Assembly (NCBI GenBank): GCA_030264375.1
Contig: JASCQW010000061.1
Location: forward strand, 118,583,046 to 118,647,045
Direction: 5' to 3'
Source: Carcharhinus longimanus
Taxonomy: Eukaryota
DNA: 64,000 nucleotides
The notes below the pieces were generated by a model. The model was given only the letters and a program-made list of their open reading frames with translations. It had not been told where the DNA came from and did not search any database. This document shows positions 50,843-63,743 of the stretch, piece by piece. The first letter of the stretch is position 1. Each line of letters starts with the position of its first letter. A program made the position numbers and the translations under genes.

Positions 50843-53800
50843 ACACCAATTTTGTTTTTGCAGCAACAGTGCCAAAATAAACTGATTGAACAATATTAAG
50901 GGAATTGTTTTACCCTGGATACTTTAGATGCCAATGGTCTTAGGATGTGGTCAAGATGGAATCTTCAGCTGAAAGATCAGTTCAGCCCCTGTTAAGTACA
51001 AGAACTCAGCTTGGTTAAGTTTTTGATGTTTATGCTGGGAAAGGCTGCCTGGAGGATCATTAAGCAATATTGCCTGTCAGCATTCATTAAGGGGCAGCTG
51101 GAGATGTAGTGGTAATGTCACTGGACTCGTAAACCAGAGGGCCCAGGCTAATGATCTGGAGTTCAAATCCAGCCACATCAACTAGTGGAATTAAAATTCA
51201 ATTAATAAATATGGAATTAAAAGCTAATCACAGTAATGGTGACCATGAAATTATCATTGATGCAAAACCCATCTGGCTCACTAATTCCCTTTAAAGATTG
51301 TTATCTGCCATCCTTACCTGATCTGGCCCACATATAACTACAGTAACCTGTTACATATTTCTACTTTTAAATGGCCTAGCAAGCCACTTTGTTCAAAGGC
51401 AATTAAGATCAATATGATTTTTTTAAATGAGGCTGCATTGCATATTGGTTGCTACAATTTGACCTAATGCAACTAACTGGGAGTAAAGTAGTCATTAACC
51501 TTTTAATTACTTTTTCTGTTTCTGTCTGTTAGCTTTTAGTGATTTATGCACTTGGACCCCTAAATCATTTTACTTCTCAGTTCCTTAACTTGTCACCATT
51601 CAGACAATGTTCTGGTTTATTTTTCTTTTCAAACTCTAAATTGCAGATTTTAAAAGAGATAACAGATAACAAATGTGGAGATTTTGATCTTTCAGAATTA
51701 TTTAGATTCTGTAACAATTCCCAATGATTAGAAACCAGCAGATGTAACCCTGACTTTTAAGAGATGAGCTTGATAAAGAAAGTGGAGAAATATAGAACAG
51801 TGAGCCGATCATCGGCGGGCAAAGTGTTAGATTCTATTATTAGGAACAAGGTAACGGGGCATTGGGAAAATGCTAAAATGATTAGAGTCAACCCAGATTT
51901 ATGAAAAAGAAATTGTGTTTGACACAACTTTGCTAATGATACAAAGTTAGGTGGGAAAGTAAGTGGCAAGGAGGATGCAAAGAGATCATAGAAAGACAAA
52001 GACAAGTTGAGTGATTGGGCAAGAACATGACAGGTGAAATTTAGTGCAGTGCAATGTGAACTCCAAAAGCCATGAACCCCAAATAATGAGAGGGAGGCCA
52101 AAAGGCAATGATTCTCTATATGAGGGGATGATGTAATCTTGGTCCATAAAGGAACCCAGTTTTTCCTTGGCAATCATATGTTCTATGTATACAAAACTAT
52201 TGTACTGGTTGAAGAATGACCTGCCAGAAAAAAGCTGCTGAGTTAAACTTCCTCTCTTCCAAAGTGTCTTTCAGGTGCTCTGTTAATTACCCAACTTTCT
52301 GATTGAAGGAGATGCCCAGAAGTATCCTGAAGTTATACAAATCATGGACCTCTCTCCCGGATCCTATGAACGTTGAATCTTGTGCCAACATTTGTTGCAG
52401 AGTGGATTTTCATTATATTAGCAATCTGCTTTTACTCTGTGTAACATATGTTCCAAAAGTTACTTATTAAGTGATTAGTTAACTAAAATTTTTTATTCCA
52501 AAGTATTATGGAATTATCAGTTGTATTTTCAATTCAAATAATGCAATGATGTCAGTACTTCTGTAGCGATTGTAAACGTGTGACTTTAATCATCAAATCC
52601 ATTGAGACTATAGAAATATTCACTCAGAATTACATTAAATTGTGACAGTACAGCTATTATTATTCATCTATCTTTCCATATACAATTGAGCCTAATCTTT
52701 CTGTACATGCACACATGCCCTTTTAAAGAAGCGCTCCCAATTTTTTAACCCAGTAACAGGTAAGTTTAGGACTGATATCAGGAAGCTCTTTAAAGATGAA
52801 GAATCCATTTCCAGAAGCGGCAACAACAACACTTGGACCATTTAGGAAATGATTGCAGTTTTGAGGGCAGGGAGAATGTCAAGATAAGTTGAATAGTCTT
52901 CCTCGTCCATAATCTTTTGTGAATCCTGATTTACTCCAAATAGCTGGTCATAGAATCCCTACAGTGCAGAAGGAGGCCATTCGGTCCATCAAGTCTGCAC
53001 CGACCACAATCCCACCCAGGCCCTATCCCCATAATCCCATTGCATTTACCCTAGCAGATTCCCCTGGCATTCGGGTCAATTTAGCATGGCCAACCCACCT
53101 AACCCACACATCTTTGGACTGTAGGAGGAAACTGGAGCACCCTGTCAAAGGAATATCTATTTCCGCAGGCGTTCACTGCATTGTATTTGTGGTGGGAATG
53201 ATGGGATTCATCATTCCTTCATTAAATCTTCATTAAATTCTTTGCAGAAGGATCTAGATCGGCTGGGCGAATGGACCAGGAAATGGCAAATGGAATTTAA
53301 TGTTGGCAAGTGTGAGGTGGTCCACTTTGGTAGGAATAATGGTAGGAAGGANNNNNNNNNNNNNNNNNNNNNNNNNNNNNNNNNNNNNNNNNNNNNNNNN
53401 NNNNNNNNNNNNNNNNNNNNNNNNNNNNNNNNNNNNNNNNNNNNNNNNNNNCATGATCTTATTGAATGGCGGGGCAGGCTCGAAGGGCTGGATGGCCTAC
53501 TCCTGCTCCTATTTCTTATGTTCTTCTGTTCTAAATGCTGCATTACATGATCCTGGCAACTAAAGGGACATCTTACAGCCTGACATGCTAAAACATACTT
53601 CCTTTATTTTGATCCTACGACAAAGCTGCCTCAAAACAGCTGAGAAAAATGCAGATTTTTTGAGCTCGCGACCTTGTTTTTTTTGTAAATCTCAATCTCA
53701 TCTGTCACTGGTTGTTTTATTTTAAAGAACATGAATACATACAAAGGAGTTGGAGAATATTCCACTGTATTTCACAAGGGAACATTAAAATAGTAATTTA

Positions 53801-54460
53801 TATACAATAACCCAATCACCGACAGATCAAAATATCAGATATGCAAATAGGAATGAAATCCCTGTACAAGATTACACATGCGTGGTAAAGAAGACCAAAG
53901 ACTCATAATCACAAGTGGATCTAACTATAGTGGACAACAAATGTGCCAAAAAAGAAGAGCTAATGATTTCTTGGTCTTATAAGTAGATCTAAGGAAACAT
54001 CCCTCATAGTGGAATTCAATTACAAAATCTGGAATTAATTGATTAAGTTTAAAGGCCAATGGTCCTCAACGATTTATGCTTTATCGCGTTTCTATCAATC
54101 TCCTGCTGGAGGTGACCTTCGATACCTGACTGTTTCAGAGTTAAGGAGCAGTTAGTTACTTTTTCTACATTATAAATGTTAATTATATGGTTACATATTC
54201 AGCTGGGTCAGAAATAAAAATCGGAAGCACTTTGAAAACAAAAATACAGTGATGTAACTGCAGAAAGTGCAGCTTTCACGAGTCCTATTGTTAGCTTATG
54301 TAGCATATTTTCATATACGAATTTCAGCAAAAAGTGAACGGATAAGTTGGTATGGTAAACCATGATAGTTGATTCAGTGTGTGACACGTTAGTTGCAAGA
54401 GTTTTAATTCAAAACTTTCTTGGATTTTGCTGTGGCTCATAAAATGACAGTGGATTTGGC

Positions 54461-54466
54461 TTTATT
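54461..54466 (-). terminator. Candidate poly(A) signal of SLC30A8
   Basis: AATAAA on the minus strand about 58 nt after the stop codon; other candidates lie further downstream. Confidence 0.35.
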
Positions 54467-54523
54467 GCTTTTGCCAAACATATTGCATGCTAATAAAAAT
54501 GGGTACTGTCCCTGAATGCAGCT

Positions 54524-54669
54524 TTAATCTTTGGGTTCCTGGCAAAACAAACATGTTGGTTCTTGATCCGAATACTGTTCCACTTGAATTGTGATAGAAT
54601 GAAAATTGAAAGTGTCAAACATTCTCTGTGTCATTTCCTTCAGTACTTGTTGAGGATTCACTTCATCAG
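54524..54669 (-). CDS. SLC30A8: ZnT8 terminal coding exon (146 nt including TAA)
   Basis: (A)DEVNPQQVLKEMTQRMFDTFNFHSITIQVEQYSDQEPTCLFCQEPKD*. CAG acceptor; C-terminal CLFC as in ZnT8. Confidence 0.95.
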
Positions 54670-55198
54670 CTGTGAATAACAGGACAAGTAGTGATTCTTA
54701 ACGAAGTACAATCGATTTATTAAGTATATGCAAATAGATGGTTCTTAATATGCTAGCTGATAAATAAACAGGATGCATCACAGTGCCTTCATCACACTAT
54801 TATTAGACTGACAGCTTCAATGTCCGCACCCAATAATTTCTTGTAATTTTTCTTACTGTTCAGGAAAATTAAATATCCTGCTAGTTGCATGTGATTCTAA
54901 TGCATATGGCCACAGGGAAGACCAGCAACTGCGAAGACACCCAAAAAGCCTTTTGTAGAATGGAAAGAGGAAAGTCCGAGATATTTGGACCAAAGTGAGG
55001 ATTCAGGATTTAATGAAGTAGGGCAGAATTGGAAAAGGAGGTGCAGGACTAAGGAACATCAAAAGAAGGGCAGAGAAGTCAGACGTTATGTCTGAGACCA
55101 GCAAGGTAATCTCCTGTCTTGTATATATGCAGATTGCATTGGTTCCACGAGGGCCTCTCTGAGGAACTGTACATCTATGAGTTGTACTGCTCCAAGAA

Positions 55199-55265
55199 CA
55201 GTAAGACCTCTCACAACACCAGGTTAAAGTCCAACTGGTTTATTTGGTAGCACTAGCTTTCAGAG
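55199..55265 (-). mobile_element. Truncated Penelope pLTR end
   Basis: CAGTAAGACCTCTCACAACACCAGGTTAAAGTCCAAC...CACTAGCTTTC, homologous to 18186-18255. Confidence 0.7.
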
Positions 55266-56412
55266 TCTCGAGCTCCTCGAAGAGAGGCTGCACTCCTCCC
55301 CCCCACCCCGTCCCAACCCCAACCCCAACATCTACACTGCTTCTGCAGGAAATTCTATACCATCACCGACAAGATTGATTCATTTCTGCATGCCTAACTT
55401 ATCGTGTGAAGTAAGCATCACTAGAAAAGTAAATTTTCCAGCATTGGTTTTCAGCCCACCAATCTCGGCGCGGGCTCGTTGGGCCGAAGGGCCTGTTTCC
55501 CGTGCTGTGTTGTTCTTTGTGTTGTCCTTTTTATCTCCATGATGGAGGACCTCATGGACTTTGATTCTGGAATCTACATGAAAGTGTGCAGGATTTACCA
55601 CCAAGCAGCCTAGCACGTGTTTTGCCACCGTGGGAGGTGGCCCACCATTGGCTGGTCCCACTGTTAATAACGGGGTTTCCTACAGAATGCTCTCCTCAAT
55701 GCCAGGAAACCCGCAATGGGGGTACATAGTTGGTGGGACCGGAAGATCTCGCCAGCGTGAAGGGCTGGAAAGTTCCAGTCAATATTTATTTCCTCTGCGG
55801 TCTCTGTATTGTAGAACGTTTATTTCTCGTTACTCTTGCATGTGGAGGCAGCGGTGCAGCCTGTCTTTCGTGTTTTGACTGTGTGCAACAAATAACCATG
55901 TTTAGTTCATCATTAATAAAATTTGGATCACACAAAACCAAGAGACTCGGAAATATACCACCACTTATAAAGAAGGAAACAAATCAAAATACCGTCATGT
56001 TTATGGGTGGATGCTGAGAGGAGAAATTAGTATTGTTAAAATTAACCCCCCTCCTGTCTATCTCAGTGATCTGCTTTAAGAGGATGGAGTGCGTGGTGTT
56101 CAGGAGGAATGGGAGAGTGACCTGCTCCTCTTGTCTGCTCTCTGCACTGTTGATCAGTCCTTGATTTCAGGGAGTCAGTGTCAGTGCTTTCTCCTTGCAG
56201 GTTTAATAAATGGAAAAGATTTCAGCCTAAAGCTTATCTTGTGCAGCTCTTGGAAGAAGGTTGGGTTGTGCTCATTGGAGAAGAGAGTTGTGCTTCTTTT
56301 GCCTGCTGCTCTGGCATGGTGGTCATTTGGCACAGCTTGAAACTAAATGGGCACGACTGTCTCGTATGCAATCAGAGGTGAGCTGGCAAGGTGGATACAG
56401 AACTGGATACAG

Positions 56413-56548
56413 AATGTGTCTTTATATGGCTTTTCTCTGACCAGAATCTTCCACGCACCTGACGAAGGAACACCGTTTCCGAGAGCTTGTGGGATTACTA
56501 TCAAATAAACTGGTTGGACTTAAACCTGGTGTTGTGAGACTTCTTACT
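56413..56548 (+). mobile_element. Penelope pLTR fragment inserted in a CR1
   Basis: Close to 48421-48557. Confidence 0.78.
56455..56492 (+). ncRNA. Hammerhead ribozyme relic (GAAA changed to GAGA)
   Basis: GCAC-CUGACGA-A-GGAA caccgu UUCC-GAGA-GC-UU-GUGG. Confidence 0.62.
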
Positions 56549-58071
56549 CAATCACAGAAGACAGAGGGTAGCAGTGGAAGGGTGTGTTTCTGAATGGTGT
56601 TCCTCAAGGATCAGTGCTGGGACCTTTGCTGTTCACAATACATATAAATGATTTGGAAGAAAGTATAACTGGTTTGATTAGTAAGTTTGTGGATCTCACA
56701 CAAGTTGGCGGATTTGCGATGAAGACCATCAGAGAATACAGCAGGATATCGATCGGTTGGAGGCTTGGACAGAGAGACGGCGGATGGAATTTAATCCGGA
56801 CAAATGTGAGGTAATGCATTTTGGAAGGTCTAATAAAGATAGCAAATATACAGTAAATGGCAGAATCCTTAAGAGTATTGATAGGCAGAGGGATCTGGGT
56901 GTATAGGTACACTGGTCACTGAAAGTGGCAACGCAGATAGAGAAGATAGTCAACAAGGCATGCTTGCCTTCATTGGCCGGAACATTGCGTTTAAAAATTG
57001 GCAAGTCATGTTACAGCTTTATAGAACCTTTGTTAAGCCGCAGTTGGAATATAGTGTTCAATTCTGGTCGCCACACAATCAGAAGGATGTGGAGGCTTTG
57101 GAGAGGGTACAGAAAAGATTTACCAGGATGTTGTTTGGCATTGAGGGCATTAGCTTTGAGGAGAGATTAAAGAAACTTGGTTTGTTCTCACTGGAACAAC
57201 GGAGATTGAGGNNNNNNNNNNNNNNNNNNNNNNNNNNNNNNNNNNNNNNNNNNNNNNNNNNNNNNNNNNNNNNNNNNNNNNNNNNNNNNNNNNNNNNNNN
57301 NNNNNNNNNNNCCTGAGAGAAGTTACAAGATTGTGAGAGGCATGGACAGAGTGTATAGTTAGAGGCTTTTTCCCAGGTGGAAGAGTCAATTACTCGGAGG
57401 ACAGGTTTAAGGTGTGAGGTTTAAAGGAGATGTATGAGGCAACTTTTTTTTTACACAGAGGGAGGCGGGTGGATGGAACTCGCTGCCAGGGGAGGTATTG
57501 GAAGCAGAAACGATAGTGAGTTTTAAGAGGCGTCTGGATAAATGCATGAATAGGATGAGAATAGAGGGATTCAGACCCCACGAGAATAGGGGTTTTTAGT
57601 TCAGCCGGGCAGCATGGTTGGTGCAGGCTCGGAGGGCAGAAGGACCTGTTCCTGTGCTGTAATTTTCTTTTGTTCTTTGTGTCAATCTTGAAAGATGCTT
57701 TGGTTGAGAGATGGCATCAAATGATTTGCTGGAAATAACCATCGAAACTACTTCCCAACCTTGCTGTTGACCTTCTGGAGAGTGCCTTTATATACACTTG
57801 TATGATGGAAGTTGCCCGGAAAAGGAGAGGTGGCAGCAACGTGCGCTGTTTTTACATTCAGAATGCACCAGTTACAGCAAAAGTATTTAAACTAACTTAC
57901 CCGGGATATCTGTGTGATCTGCTATGCTGCTGCATGGTGTAACTTGGTGGCACAAAAAGCTATAACTGGCATTGAGGAAATTCAGAGCCCATATCTATTA
58001 CTAACTAATAGACAAGAAGCCAGTTAATTGACTCAATTAGGAATTGCCTTTGAAAGTATTTCTTTACTGAC

Positions 58072-58206
58072 CTGTGGCAACATGAGCTGAAAGAATGACC
58101 TGGTTGGTGGTGAGAGCCCAGAGATAAAGGTTGTGCACTGTTTTCACTCCATTAACATCTAGAATCTTTTCCTTCACATCATTGTAATTCAGTCCAACTG
58201 GTACAC
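58072..58206 (-). CDS. SLC30A8: ZnT8 exon (cytosolic C-terminal domain; 135 nt)
   Basis: (G)[47 protein letters not shown] acceptor and G|GTCAGT donor; phase 1/1. Confidence 0.95.
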
Positions 58207-58769
58207 CTTGATGAGAGCCAAAACAAGAGAAATTAAATACTAATATTTGATGTATTTTACATTACAGTCATATTTATACATACATATATATACACATTTA
58301 AAGTATATATTCATAACATGTTCATAGTGCATCTAAGCAATACAATATCTACCTACCGCAGACAACAAAAATGCTCAGCATAATTCATTTTTTCACACTC
58401 ATTTGCTGACTATTGTGCTGTTATCATGTTCCACCACGCACATAGCTTCATACGGTTCAGGATGTGTGCTTTGATTATGAAAAAAATACTGGAAGTTAAA
58501 AAGCAATAGCGTGTTTTCTCATTTGACTCTCGATCATTATGGTATCTATTCTTTCACCTAATCGCAGATCTTCTCTTTTGTTCTTTCTTCCCTCGCCCTT
58601 TCCCTGGCTCTGTACTTGTTTAAATTTGCTACATGGCTACTTTACAACAATTTTGATGAATGTGGGTCAGAAAGGAACAATCCGAGTAACAAAGGTAATA
58701 GGGAATGAATTGTCATTGTTGATTCGAAGATGATGCCTACTCAAGGTTACAGGTTTCTGTCATGGGTTT

Positions 58770-59040
58770 CCAAAATGCCTGGACATGAAGCTACCCATGT
58801 TAATACGTAGGGACCTGTCCTCTGCAAGCACAAAGAACATGACCAGATACAATTTTTGAATTAAACAAAAATCATGGGATCGATGTTTCCCTGCTGAATT
58901 CTCCATTTCAACTTGCCAAGCAGTCACCATCCTTTTCTCATGCAATATAAACTGTTGCTCCTTTTAAAATTTGTATTCTTGCCTCTGTCCTGATGAGTGC
59001 AAGGTGAAAAGCTCCAGCAACATTTTTCTCAGCAATACTC
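58770..59040 (+). mobile_element. Third, older Penelope-like family remnant
   Basis: EATHVNT*GPVLCKHKEH resembles the GIY-YIG C-terminal EAxxI...PxLCxQK motif. Followed by CTGATGA-GTGCAAGGT-GAAA-AGCT at 58990-59013. Confidence 0.55.
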
Positions 59041-60514
59041 TAGAGTAGCATAGTGATCATGGGGAAATTTTAATCTTTATATAGACTAGGCAAACCAAAT
59101 TTGCAGTAATTCCTGGAGGACGAGTTTGTGGAATAGATACAAGATGGGTGTCTAGATCAGTAATTTGAAGAACAAATGGGGAAACAGGCTATTTTGATCA
59201 AGAAGAAAGGGTTAGTTAAAGCCTTATTGTAATGGAGTCTTTAGGGAAGAGTAACCATAAAATGATCGCATTTTATATTGAGTTTGAGTGTGATTTAGCA
59301 AAGTATGAAACTAATGTCTTAAATCCAAATAACTTCGGGGCTTAATGGAAATTTCACTAAAGTTGGAAAACTACATTTAGTTTATTGCGAAAAAGGAATG
59401 GCTAGCATTTCAACAATTAGTGGGACTAAGATGACAAATGTGATGGACCTTATAGAATCCTACAGTGCTGAAGGAATCCACTCAGCCCATCTTGTCTGCA
59501 CTGACTGCAAACCCACCCAGGCCGCACCTGCATAGCCCCATGCATTTACCCGAGCTAGTCTCCTGACACTAAGGGGCAATTTAGCATGGCCAATTCACCT
59601 AACCCACGCATCTTTGGAGTGTGGAAGGAAACCCATGTAGACGTGGAGAGAATGTGCAAACACCACAGACAGTGACCTGAGGCTGGAATCAAACCCGGGT
59701 CTCTGGTGTTATGAGACAGCAGTTAGTACTCTGGTTAGTCCCACTGTACCACCATGCCACCTCAATGACCTACATCTTAGGGTTTTAAAAGTGCAAGTGA
59801 AATTAGCTTTCAATTTCCAAAATTTATCAGATTCTGTAACAGTGCCCAAGCTTAAAAGATAGTAAACATAACTTTGCTATTTAAGAAAAGAAGAAAGAAA
59901 GAAAATGGGGAACTGGAGGTCATATTGGCCTAACATACTACTTAGAAGCAGGAATAGGCCACTTGATCACTCAAACTCGCTCTGCCAATTAAGATCATGG
60001 CCTCAACTTCACTTTCCTTCCTATGCCCTTTGAATCCCTTGCCAATCCAGAATCTAACATCACATGTGGGCAATCTGCTGGAACTTATTATTAGGGATAT
60101 GGTTTCAGAGCACTTCAGAATCACTGAATTGTTACAGTAAATCTTTCCATTTTTCAAAGTTCCGACTGTTAGAAAAACAAGCAGCATGTAATCATACACA
60201 CAAAAAGATCAATGGGTTCAAAAGATTAGTGCCTTTTGATTGATACCATCTTTGTGCAACACTCTTCAATCACTTTGCTCTTCAGATACACATCTCTTTA
60301 CTCTTTGAGCTCATATGCAATTTTTTTTCTTGTGCCGTCTCTTCTGGTGACTTATTCCACAAGTTCATTATTTTTTATGTGAAAATAATTCCCTTCTGAC
60401 TCCTTATGAGAAGTTCTAGGAGAACAGCATGAATTCAAACTGTCTCTAATCAGAACAGAGTCACTAGAATTGAAATGACAATAGAGCTACAATGAGAAAT
60501 GTAGAGATACTTAC

Positions 60515-60620
60515 CTTCCATCAGCACCAAGAAAATATTCCGCAGAACTGAGATTGTTGTTCCCAACACAAACACAGAGAAAATAAATGTGCAGATAGGA
60601 TCAGCTATTTTGAATTCAGG
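60515..60620 (-). CDS. SLC30A8: ZnT8 exon (TM6; 106 nt)
   Basis: PEFKIADPICTFIFSVFVLGTTISVLRNIFLVLME(G). CAG acceptor and G|GTAAGT donor. Not in the ORF track. Confidence 0.95.
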
Positions 60621-60774
60621 CTGGAAGAGACAAAAATAATAAGGCCAATTCTAAATGTTTATCAAATGCCTCCATGAAGCATAAAATGGAATAAAGAACA
60701 AAGAACAAAGAACAACCCAGCATAAACAGCGATGAATTATAACTTTCATGCTTTGTACTAATTTCTCTCTCTTT

Positions 60775-61468
60775 AGATCTCCATGCAAGTGTGCAGGTCC
60801 CTAAAGGTAACAGAACAGATAGACAAGATGGTAAAGAAGTCACATGGAATGCTCTCCTTCATTGGCAGAAGTATAGAGTACAAAAATAGGGATATAATGA
60901 TGAAATTGACACTGTTGAGGCTACAGCTGGAGTGGTGTGTGCAGTTCTGGTCACCTCTTGACAGAGTGTATTTTTCTGGAGAAAACGCAGAAAAAAGTTA
61001 CTAGAATTTTGGCTGGACTGGAGAACTGTAGTTATGAGTTTAGACTGAAGAGGTTGGGGTTGTTTTCCTTGGAACAGAGAACGCTGAATCGTGGCATGAT
61101 TGAGATGTACAAAATTGTGAGGGTAGAGATAGACAAGAGAAACCTGTTTCCCTTGGCAGAGTGCTCAAAAATCAGGGGTCATCGGTTCAAGCTAAGTGGC
61201 AGAAGGATTAGAGGGGACATGAGGAAAAAACATTTTTACCCAGAGGGTGGGGGTGTCTGGAATTCACAGCCTGAGTTGGTGGCAGAGGCAGAGACCCTAA
61301 ACTTATTTGAAAACTATCTGGATCTGCACCTTAAGTGCTTTAAGTTGCAGAGCTATGGGCTGTGTGCAAGAAGATGGGATTAGAAAGGACACCTAGATGT
61401 CTTTGGGTCAGCATGAACAAGATGGGCCAAACGCCCCTTCTGTGTTATATCATTTCTATGGTTCTATG
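60775..61468 (+). mobile_element. CR1 3' end
   Basis: LEWCVQFWSP and LKRLGLFSLEQR; tail TTCTATGGTTCTATG. Further CR1 pieces at 19160-19555, 29327-29578, 32340-32672, 42915-43350, 43940-45090, 46090-46200, 53235-53525. Confidence 0.85.
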
Positions 61469-63743
61469 ACCCATTTACCCATGATAAGACCTCTGCCTGT
61501 GCTTTGCATCACCATATCACAATGTTTTTGTTACTGGATTATCTCATTACTAATGCCTAGATGATTATTAGCTCCCTGCAATGAGATGTCACAGCTTCAT
61601 TNNNNNNNNNNNNNNNNNNNNNNNNNNNNNNNNNNNNNNNNNNNNNNNNNNNNNNNNNNNNNNNNNNNNNNNNNNNNNNNNNNNNNNNNNNNNNNNNNNN
61701 NTCTAAAATGCAATGTGGAAAATTCCCCAATTTTGTTCTTCCGAGAAAAAGCAGGACAAATCCAGTCCAGCCATTTTTGGCTCCATCAGTCTTCTCTCAA
61801 ACATCAGTGAAGTGATAAAGGGTTTCACAAGACTTACTCAGCAATAACTTGCTCACCAATACTCAGTTTAGGTTCTGCCAAGGCTACTCAGTTTGAGCTC
61901 TTATTGCAGCCTTGGTTCAAACAAGGACAAAATAACTGAATTCTGGGAAATGAGATGAGGGTGAATGTCCTTGATATCATAACAACATTTGACCAAGTGT
62001 GACATCAAGGAAGCCTAACAAAAATTAAGTAAATTGGAATGGAGGAAAATAATTCTCCACTGATTGGAATCATTCTAAGCACAAAAAAAAATGGTTCTGG
62101 TTGTTGAAGGCTGAGCATCCCAGCCCCAGGACATCCATTGCAGAGTTCCTCAGGGTAGTTTCCCGGACCCAACCATTTACAGCTGCTTTATCAATGATTT
62201 TTCCTTCGTCAAAGGCAAGAAGTAGGGATGTTTGCAGATGAGTGCAGTGGTCAGTACCATTTGCAGGGTCATCAGATACTGAACCAGTCCATACCTACAT
62301 GCAATAGGACCCAGGCAACATTCAGGCTTGGACTGGAGGTGGACAGACTCTCGATTTCGTGCTGCTAACCTGCCAATCTCCCGTCTCTGCACAATTAGCA
62401 TGGAGCCAGGATCACTCCACACACGGTGACTGCAATTCTCCAGTCAGCATGTAAACTCCCTTGAGGCCAAAACATGACCGAGGGATGAGACAATCTTCTA
62501 GTGGCAAACTGGAGGAGGAGTGAGGTGGGGAGGATAATCGCTCCGTCCAGCTAGGAGACATCCACCCTTTCCCCACCCCAGCACCATTATAGCCATAGAA
62601 CCACACCTGTGGCCACTGTCTTTCCAATGGATTGCTGGCCTCCAAAATTATGGTCAAGCAGCTGTGGCCTCTTTGATTTTATAAATTTGTAAATGCGTTT
62701 TGAAGAGTGTCTAATCTGTCGGCGTCCTCAATTTCTACCTACATCAGCAACTCCAACCTGTGACAAGGGGCTGTCAATTTGTTAGTGCTGGAGGGCTTTA
62801 AATTGGGCCTCCGGCCTCAGGACCTGCCTGCTGTCCTTAATTGGAGGCAGCCACTTTAGAAATCATTGTCTGGGCCTTGACACCAGCATACACCAGTCCC
62901 TGACCTGCACTTCTTCCTGATGGCAGCACAGGGATCCACAAATGAAATTCCAGCCCGTGGTATTTTACAGCAATGTTTATATAAACAGGTCATTGAACAA
63001 GTCATTGAGTGAGTAGAAGGAAATAACAAGAAAAGGATGGTGTTCACAATGAGCTTTGAGAGACTTGGAGCTTCACGTGGCCCAATCCCTCTGTCATTGG
63101 CTGAAGGAATTTAAACATGAGTTGTTCAAAATGACTGGTCAACCTGAATTAGCATACCCCCTTCTGTGTGACTGCCTGACCGTTAGGTTTCACTTTTAGA
63201 AGCAAGGAGAGAGAAAGCTTGAAACACTGGGAATTTTAAAAAGTGTACAGAGAGGCATCCATGTTCATTCTGTTATGGAGCTTGTACGCGAGTCAATGTT
63301 AGCAGGTTGTGTTGTAGACTTAAACAAAATACTGTGGATGCTGGAAATCGGAAATAAAAATAGAGAGAGTGCTGGAAACCGAGCTCTGAAGTTATATTCG
63401 ACTCAAAACCCTAACTTTGTTTCTCTGCCAAACCTGCTGAGACACCAAACTGTTTTTATTTGTGTTGTAAACTTGATTTACAAAAGCATCTTTTTAAATA
63501 GGCAGGCAACAACATTCCCAGATCGAGGTAACAGAATGTAGTGTTCCCTCCTGCATTACGGGTGTGTAAGTGTAGCTTGGAGAGAGTGTTTCTTGTAAGT
63601 TTAGCTTGCAGTCTCAGTCACGATGTACCGGGGGCAGCATGCATAATTTGTCCATGTACTTGGTACAACAAAATAAACCAAGATCGAACTGGAAAAGTTT
63701 TACTGACCCAGAATTATTACCAAATTGTAATATAGTAACTGAC

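Larger units (their letters stand above)
56385..57680 (+). mobile_element. CR1 3' part
   Basis: GVPQGSVLGPLLF and LEYSVQFWSPHNQKDVEALERVQKRFTRML. Confidence 0.88.
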
